A stretch of DNA of 40,696 nt. It comes from Anaerolineae bacterium (lineage in GTDB: Bacteria; Chloroflexota; Anaerolineae; Aggregatilineales; J027). Location: assembly GCA_012031655.1 (NCBI GenBank), contig JAAUUD010000002.1, positions 1-40,696 on the forward strand, read 5' to 3'. Shown here one piece after another: positions 35,699-40,696 of this stretch. Positions within the stretch are counted from its first letter, which is position 1; every line of letters begins with the position of its first letter. A program made the translations under genes and the position numbers. The notes beneath the pieces are model-generated. The model was not told the DNA's origin, searched no databases, and saw only the letters and a list, made by a program, of their open reading frames with translations.

Positions 35699-36568
35699 CT
35701 ATTCCTCTGTCTCGGGGCGGTAGTGTTCACCATCCCAGCGGTAAAGCTGGTTTTCGATCTGGATTTCTGCCAGGCCATCCTGCTCTACATCCACGAGTTG
35801 CAGGGCGCTGGGGTCAGTTGCCGTGACGGTGGTATAGACCCGGTAGGCGTTCTCTGGCACCGGGGGGAATAGCGGGGTCAGGGTGCTGGCTGCCGGATCA
35901 AATTCGCTCAGGTAGTATTCCACGTAGCGGCCATATTCCAGAAAGTCCCAGCTTACGGCCACGAGCAGGTCTGGTAAGCCATTGGCGTTGAAGTCTCCCC
36001 AGGCGGCCAGGCGCGCCCCGCCGCCAGCGTATAGCCCCTCGGAACGGCTCCCAGCCCCGGTTCTCAGAAACAACAGGTGTGCTTGGTAGGGATCTTCTCC
36101 AGGAACACACCGGAACAGCGCCATAAAGGTATCCCCAAAATCCCCGGCACCGTATCCGGCAAAGGTGGGCAATGTGATGCTGACCAGAAATTCCGGCTGG
36201 CCATCGCCCTCCAGATCCAGCGTTTCCCACTGGCTGAGGATTGGCCCCAGCGAGGTGTGGTAATCCGCCAGGGCGGCGGCCAGCACCGCGGGAGAGCCAC
36301 CCGTGTTCAAATAATCGAGCACGCCATCCAGGGCGTAGCGTTCCAGGTCTGGTAAGGGTGGGTTGGGGCGTGCCTGGGGGATGCACCCCGCGCTTGAGGC
36401 GGGCGGTGCTGCGGCCCCAGGCGGCAGGATGGGCGTTGGAGTGGAGCTTAGGGTGGGGCGAGGGGATGCGCTGGGCGACTGAGCCAGGCTAAGGCCCACT
36501 TCGTTCCAGCCCAGGCTTAGCAAAGTAACCAACACCAGCCGCGCTGCCACCGAGAGTAGAGTTCGCAT
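35699..36568 (-). CDS. Secreted FG-GAP/VCBS-repeat protein
   Basis: The ATG at 36568 follows an AAGGAGGG RBS and starts the signal peptide MRTLLSVAARLVLVTLLSLG. FG-GAP-like motifs are DLEGDGQPEFLV and GDFNANGLPDLLV. Confidence 0.65.
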   Translation of the reverse strand: MRTLLSVAARLVLVTLLSLGWNEVGLSLAQSPSASPRPTLSSTPTPILPPGAAAPPASSAGCIPQARPNPPLPDLERYALDGVLDYLNTGGSPAVLAAALADYHTSLGPILSQWETLDLEGDGQPEFLVSITLPTFAGYGAGDFGDTFMALFRCVPGEDPYQAHLLFLRTGAGSRSEGLYAGGGARLAAWGDFNANGLPDLLVAVSWDFLEYGRYVEYYLSEFDPAASTLTPLFPPVPENAYRVYTTVTATDPSALQLVDVEQDGLAEIQIENQLYRWDGEHYRPETEE

Positions 36569-37592
36569 GGATGGACCCTCCTTTTCCGAAAACAGCAAAC
36601 AACGATGATCTCAGATCGGGTTCCGGCGCGCCAAGGTCGCCAGGCTCAGCGAGCAAGCTGCCGCAGATCATCAGCGGCACCCAACGCCAGGGCAAATCAA
36701 ACGGGGGAGACCACTCGACTTGCTCCACAAAGCTGCCACGTGCTGAAGAATATAACAGCTCAGGTTGGCCGCCGCTTGCGGGTACACGGAGCAAATGCCC
36801 TGGTGGGCGGCTAAAGAGCACCCAGTGACCATCCGCAGACCAACTCGGCAGGTATTCCACGCTCAGGTCCTGGGTGATGGGCGCCAGGTCCGAGCCATTG
36901 GGTCGGATACGGAATAGATCGCTGTGACCGTGGCGGTAGGAAGTAAACATCAACCAAGCCCCATCCGGCGACCAGAGAGGCTCGTGGTCGCGCTCTGGGT
37001 GATGGGTCAGGCGCAAGGGTTGGCCGCTACCGTCTGCCTTCCAGAGGTAAAGCTCGCTGTTGTCTGGGTCTTTCAGGCTGGCCAGGCTATAGGCGATGTG
37101 CTGGCCATCTGGCGAGAGCACACCGCTGGTGATGATGGCATTTTGAACGCCCGTGGCCTGGCCTGGTGGTGCAGGTGGTAGGATGCGATGTGTATTTTCG
37201 TCGCGATAGCGGTAGATCGTGAGATAGTTCTGGCTGGGGCGGGGTTGCAGGGCTTCCTCAGTGCCCAGGGCACCCAGTTCCCCATGCAGCGGCGCTTTCC
37301 AGGCCAGTCCGCTAAAGCGGTCTCGAATTGTCACGGCTCGGCCTTCCGGCTCCCAGCGCAATTCATGAGAGAAAAGCCGCTCAGTTTGCAGGGTGCCCAG
37401 GGTTCGCATGGGCTGCCCGGTTGTGGTGATGATGTGCAGGCTAAAGTGGCTGGCCCCAGCCGAACGCGGGTGTTGCTCCAAAACGGCAATATAGGGGCTG
37501 GGCAGGGAGGTCACTGGACGGGCCAGGCTCAGCAGCAGAACCAGCCCCAGCATCCACCCACCCAGCACCCCCAGCACCACGCGAAAAAACAT
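36489..37592 (-). CDS. TolB-like PD40 beta-propeller protein with an N-terminal anchor; C-terminus uncertain
   Basis: PD40 motifs are LSPDGQHIAYS, WSPDGAWLMFTSYRHGHSDLFRIRPNGS, PSWSADGHWVLFS and VEWSP. The ATG at 37592 overlaps the rocD stop (TGATG). The last 35 or so codons overlap the next gene's RBS and start, which suggests an unresolved frame break around 36620-36700. Confidence 0.6.
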   Translation of the reverse strand: MFFRVVLGVLGGWMLGLVLLLSLARPVTSLPSPYIAVLEQHPRSAGASHFSLHIITTTGQPMRTLGTLQTERLFSHELRWEPEGRAVTIRDRFSGLAWKAPLHGELGALGTEEALQPRPSQNYLTIYRYRDENTHRILPPAPPGQATGVQNAIITSGVLSPDGQHIAYSLASLKDPDNSELYLWKADGSGQPLRLTHHPERDHEPLWSPDGAWLMFTSYRHGHSDLFRIRPNGSDLAPITQDLSVEYLPSWSADGHWVLFSRPPGHLLRVPASGGQPELLYSSARGSFVEQVEWSPPFDLPWRWVPLMICGSLLAEPGDLGAPEPDLRSSLFAVFGKGGSIHANSTLGGSAAGVGYFAKPGLERSGP

Positions 37593-38833
37593 CAAGCCAT
37601 TTTCAGGACTGGGTCAATGCGTTCCATCGCCCAGTCGATTTCCTGACGGGAAATGACCAGCGGCGGGGCAAAGCGGATGATGTGCTGGTGCGTCTCTTTG
37701 CAGAGGATGCCCGCGCTTTGCAGGGCCTCGCAGAAGCGCCGCGCACCGCCCGCGCTGGGCTTCAGTTCCACGCCAATCAGCAGGCCGCGCCCGCGCACCT
37801 CCAGAATGTGCGGGCTGTTGACTTCTTCCAGGCGCTCCATGAAGTAGGCGCCCATTTCTGCCGCATTCTGGGCCAGGTTTTCTTCCTGAAGCACCTGGAG
37901 CGCGGCCCGCGCCACCGCGCAGCCCAGCGGATTGCCGCCAAAGGTGCTGCCGTGGTCGCCAGGGTGGAACACGCCCAGGATTTCATCGCTGGCCACCACT
38001 GCCGATACCGGATAGAAGCCGCCAGACAGCGCCTTCCCCAGCGTGACCATATCTGCACGCACCCCTTCATGATCGCTGGCAAAGAGCTTGCCTGTCCGGC
38101 CTAGGCCCGTCTGGATTTCATCTGCGATCATCAGGATGTTGTGGCGGTTGCAAATCTCGCGCACCTGCTTCAGGTAGCCATCTGGGGCCAGGATGATGCC
38201 GCCTTCGCCCTGGATAGGCTCAAAAAAGAAGGCGACGGTGTGGGGCGTGATGGCGGCTTCCAGCGCGGCGGCGTCGCCAAAGGGCACGATCTTAAAACCC
38301 GGCGTAAAAGGGCCAAACCCCGCGCGATATTGTGGCTCGGTGCTGAAGCTGATGATGGAAATGGTCCGCCCGGCGAAGTTGTTATCGCAGACAATGATTT
38401 CTGCCTGGCCCTCTGGCACGCCCTTAACGGTGTAGCCCCACTTGCGGGCGGCCTTGAGGGCTGTTTCGACCGCTTCTGCACCGCTGTTCATGGGTAAAGC
38501 ACGGGCGTAGCCGGTGAGCTCGCAGAGTTCGCGGTAGAAGGGGCCAAGCTGGTCGTTGCGGAAGGCGCGGCTGGTCAGCGTGACGCGCTGGGCCTGGTCG
38601 ATGAGCGCCTGCTGAAGCCGAGGGTGGGCGTGCCCCTGGTTAACCGCGCTATAGGCGCTCAGGCAATCCAGGTAGCGCTTCCCTTCCACATCCGTGACCC
38701 ACACGCCGCTGGCCTCACGGACCACGACATCCAGCGGATGATAGTTGTGGGCGCCGTATTGCTCCTCAAGAGCGATGAAATATTCTGCCTGTGATTCGTT
38801 CAGATGAAGGGCCAAGAGAGGACTCCTATTCAT
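37592..38833 (-). CDS. rocD: Ornithine aminotransferase (class III aminotransferase)
   Basis: [71 protein letters not shown] and TLGKALSGG (PLP lysine) are present. The start ATG at 38833 gives MNRSPLL.... Confidence 0.85.
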   Translation of the reverse strand: MNRSPLLALHLNESQAEYFIALEEQYGAHNYHPLDVVVREASGVWVTDVEGKRYLDCLSAYSAVNQGHAHPRLQQALIDQAQRVTLTSRAFRNDQLGPFYRELCELTGYARALPMNSGAEAVETALKAARKWGYTVKGVPEGQAEIIVCDNNFAGRTISIISFSTEPQYRAGFGPFTPGFKIVPFGDAAALEAAITPHTVAFFFEPIQGEGGIILAPDGYLKQVREICNRHNILMIADEIQTGLGRTGKLFASDHEGVRADMVTLGKALSGGFYPVSAVVASDEILGVFHPGDHGSTFGGNPLGCAVARAALQVLQEENLAQNAAEMGAYFMERLEEVNSPHILEVRGRGLLIGVELKPSAGGARRFCEALQSAGILCKETHQHIIRFAPPLVISRQEIDWAMERIDPVLKMA

Positions 38834-38882
38834 GCTCGGTGGCGCACCAGAAGGCGCCGGGTTCAACAAATCTTTCTTTCCA

Positions 38883-40430
38883 TTATGCCTGGGCTGCCTG
38901 GGCGGCGCCAGGCCGATTCCGTCGCAGCCAGGTGTCCACACGGCAGGCGTAGAGCAGCAAGGCCAGCAGCGTTGCGCCGCTCACAAGCAAGCCATAGCGC
39001 AACAAGGGCGGGCGATAAACAAAATTCAACCTGGTAGGTGGCCTCGCCGGGTGGCAACACCACGCCCACCAGCCCGCCTGCCGACTCCAGCGGGGCGCGG
39101 CGGTTATTGACGCGCACCAGCCAACCGGGGTAGGCCAACTCCTGCACCACCACCAGCACCGGATAATCTGGGTGGCCCTGCGCCTGGAGAGTAACCCGGC
39201 CTGCCTGGCGTTGCTGGACCATGAGGGGCATCACCCAGCGCGCCTGGAGCGGCTGGGCAAAGGTTGAGGCGAAGGGTTGCGGCAGTTGATAGGCATAGGG
39301 TGGGGCGCCAGGGTGATGCCACAGGCAAGGAATGCCACGCACAATTTGTGGGCTATTGACGACCAGGCGATAGCCGTTTTCGCGCAGCCAGGGGTGTTGA
39401 TCTTCAGTAAACGTGATGGCATAGGGCGCGGGCGTTTGCATCAGGTCCGGTGTGCTGATGGTGCTGGCCATTGAGAGGGGGTCGTAGGCTGCGCCGATGA
39501 AGGCCAGCCGCACCCGGTTTTCCAGAAAGACCCGCACCGCCCGATAGCTGAGGATATACACGCTGAGTTCCTCGTTGGGCTGGCTGTCGCGCAGCCATTC
39601 GATGCAGGTTGCTTCGTGAACATAGGGGTCGCTTTTGAGCGGTCTGGCCCAGACTCCCAGGTTTCGAGCACTTGCCAGGCAGACCAGGCGCTCGCCAGGC
39701 AAAAGACCGCCGCCACAACGCCCTGGAGCGTGCGAATCATAAAGCGGGGCGGGGCAGTCACTATGCGGGGCCAGGGATTGTGCAGGATGGCGCGCCAGAT
39801 GGCATCGGCTCGCATGGCCACCAGCACCGCCACCCAGAAGCTCGCCATCCCCAGCGCGCGCCCCGGAAAGCGCCAATGCCCCAGGCCCGGCACATTCTGG
39901 TAGAGCCAGGCAATCAACGGATTGCCGCCCGTCCCCCAGATGAAATGCACCGCGATGATCAGCACCCCGGCCAGCCACCAGCGCCAGGCGCCATCCAGTG
40001 CGCTCCGCTGCGCGAAAAACGGCACCGGCAGGATGATCAGCCCGATGAGCAGGGCAAATTCCGGCGGCAGGATAAAGCTGTAGTAGAGTTCTGGCAAGCC
40101 CGGCGCCACGCGGTCCGCATAGAGCGCAGCATCGCCATTGATAAATTGTTGGAGCACGCGGCCCGCATCGACCGCTTCCCCAGCGCCATCATCCTGAGGG
40201 TGGGCCACATATTCGCTGTTAAGGGCCAGCGGCACCAGGACCGCCGCGCTCAAGCCCACGGTCAAGGCGCCAGCCAGGTAGAGCGCCGTCACCTGCCGCC
40301 AGCGCTGCCCTGGCGAACTCAGCACATACACCAGCGCCAGCAGGGCGAGCGCCAGCTGCACGCGGGGTGTCAATTCCTGGGGCGCCAGGCCAAATCTTGT
40401 GCTCAAGGCGGCCGCTTCGCGTGTCGGCAT
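38883..40430 (-). CDS. Large polytopic membrane protein with an extracytoplasmic C-terminal domain (glycosyltransferase-39/YfhO-like architecture; family not recognised); frame broken near 39645 and at A4 39021-39024
   Basis: Many TM helices lie in ORF 39441..40430. This joins ORF 38863..39978 as ...[28 protein letters not shown].... The C-terminus is restored as ...[36 protein letters not shown]... (a terminal TM helix), ending at the TAA at 38883-38885. Confidence 0.55.
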
Positions 40431-40553
40431 GGGCGATCCTTTGCGGGGGACTATGCGCCTTGGCGGTTAACGTCCCCCTAAGCTCCCCCGAGGCCGACCT
40501 TGCTTGCCGGGCGGCCGCCGGCGCCTATAGTCGCGGCTTTGGGAGTAGCCTTC

Positions 40554-40696
40554 TTGTCCAGCCTTCCCCGCATCGGCCTGATCATGGGCAGCCGCTCCGA
40601 CTGGGAGACCGATGGCGCTGCGGCCGGAGACGCTGCGCGCGCTGGACGCGCCCTTCGAGGCGCGGGTGATCTCCGCTCATCGCACGCCGGAGCGGC
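40554..40696 (+). CDS. purE: N5-carboxyaminoimidazole ribonucleotide mutase PurE, 3' partial; frame broken near 40611
   Basis: ...PRIGLIMGSRSDWET joins MALRPETLRALDAPFEARVISAHRTPER, showing the PurE signatures IMGS.SDW..M and SAHRTP. The start codon is uncertain (TTG 40554). Confidence 0.7.
   Translation, partial: MSSLPRIGLIMGSRSDWETDGAAAGDAARAGRALRGAGDLRSSHAGA

Noticed and set aside
40431-40553. A possible ZTP (pfl) or other purine riboswitch upstream of purE. The region contains GGGGGAC...GTCCCCC (7-bp stem, about 40445-40480) and CCGGGCGGCCGCCGGCGCC.
   Set aside because: There is only partial resemblance to the conserved GACUGGCG ... CCGCCUGGGCA cores. The GC-rich palindrome leaves no loop. 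The region also serves as the divergent promoter or leader of the membrane-protein gene. I cannot support an RNA call without a covariance-model search (Rfam RF01750 or RF00167).
1-40696. Programmed ribosomal frameshifting or genuine pseudogenes as an explanation for the broken frames.
   Set aside because: There are too many events (about 30). They go in both directions and lack shared slippery heptamers or downstream structures. Many sit in simple homopolymers, and they affect core genes whose remaining codons are fully conserved. Sequencing or assembly indels are the parsimonious explanation, although reads are needed to prove it.

Overview
Visibly GC-rich bacterial chromosomal segment. Gene content (DICT-domain kinase, DUF4397 lipoprotein, many SH3b envelope proteins, SufBCD with SufU) suggests a Chloroflexota-like or other Terrabacteria organism, but that is inference only. 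I support about 40 protein genes and one tRNA-Pro(GGG). I see no rRNA, CRISPR array, transposase or prophage. Gene order runs as follows. An envelope and redox block: SH3b protein, DsbA-like oxidoreductase, Clp_N-M50 protease fusion, Rieske ferredoxin, orphan receiver. Then a large PstS-like tandem-domain protein, an ABC1/UbiB kinase, a TPR protein, glycerate kinase and a class V aminotransferase. Then a tightly packed four-gene cassette at 12887-16190 (wHTH-AAA+ ATPase, X-REC protein, membrane-anchored protein, trypco2-like small protein), which converges on an nfeD-flotillin-DICT histidine kinase operon. Then a sugar-phosphate isomerase, an M15 (LAS) peptidase with SH3b, and tRNA-Pro. Then an extended suf region: sufT-like | sufCBD | rhodanese | 4-TM protein | sufE-sufS-sufU. 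Finally an HTH-CHAD fusion, FG-GAP and TolB-like beta-propeller proteins, rocD, a large membrane protein and the start of purE. The main technical feature is roughly 30 single-base reading-frame breaks, many of them in homopolymer runs. They hit even core genes (sufC, sufS, sufU, purE), so I read them as sequencing-type indels, not gene decay, and I annotate reconstructed full-length genes. My best candidate for an undescribed system is the AAA+/REC/TM/trypco2 cassette. All functional calls come from motif recognition by eye; no database, HMM or folding computation was run.
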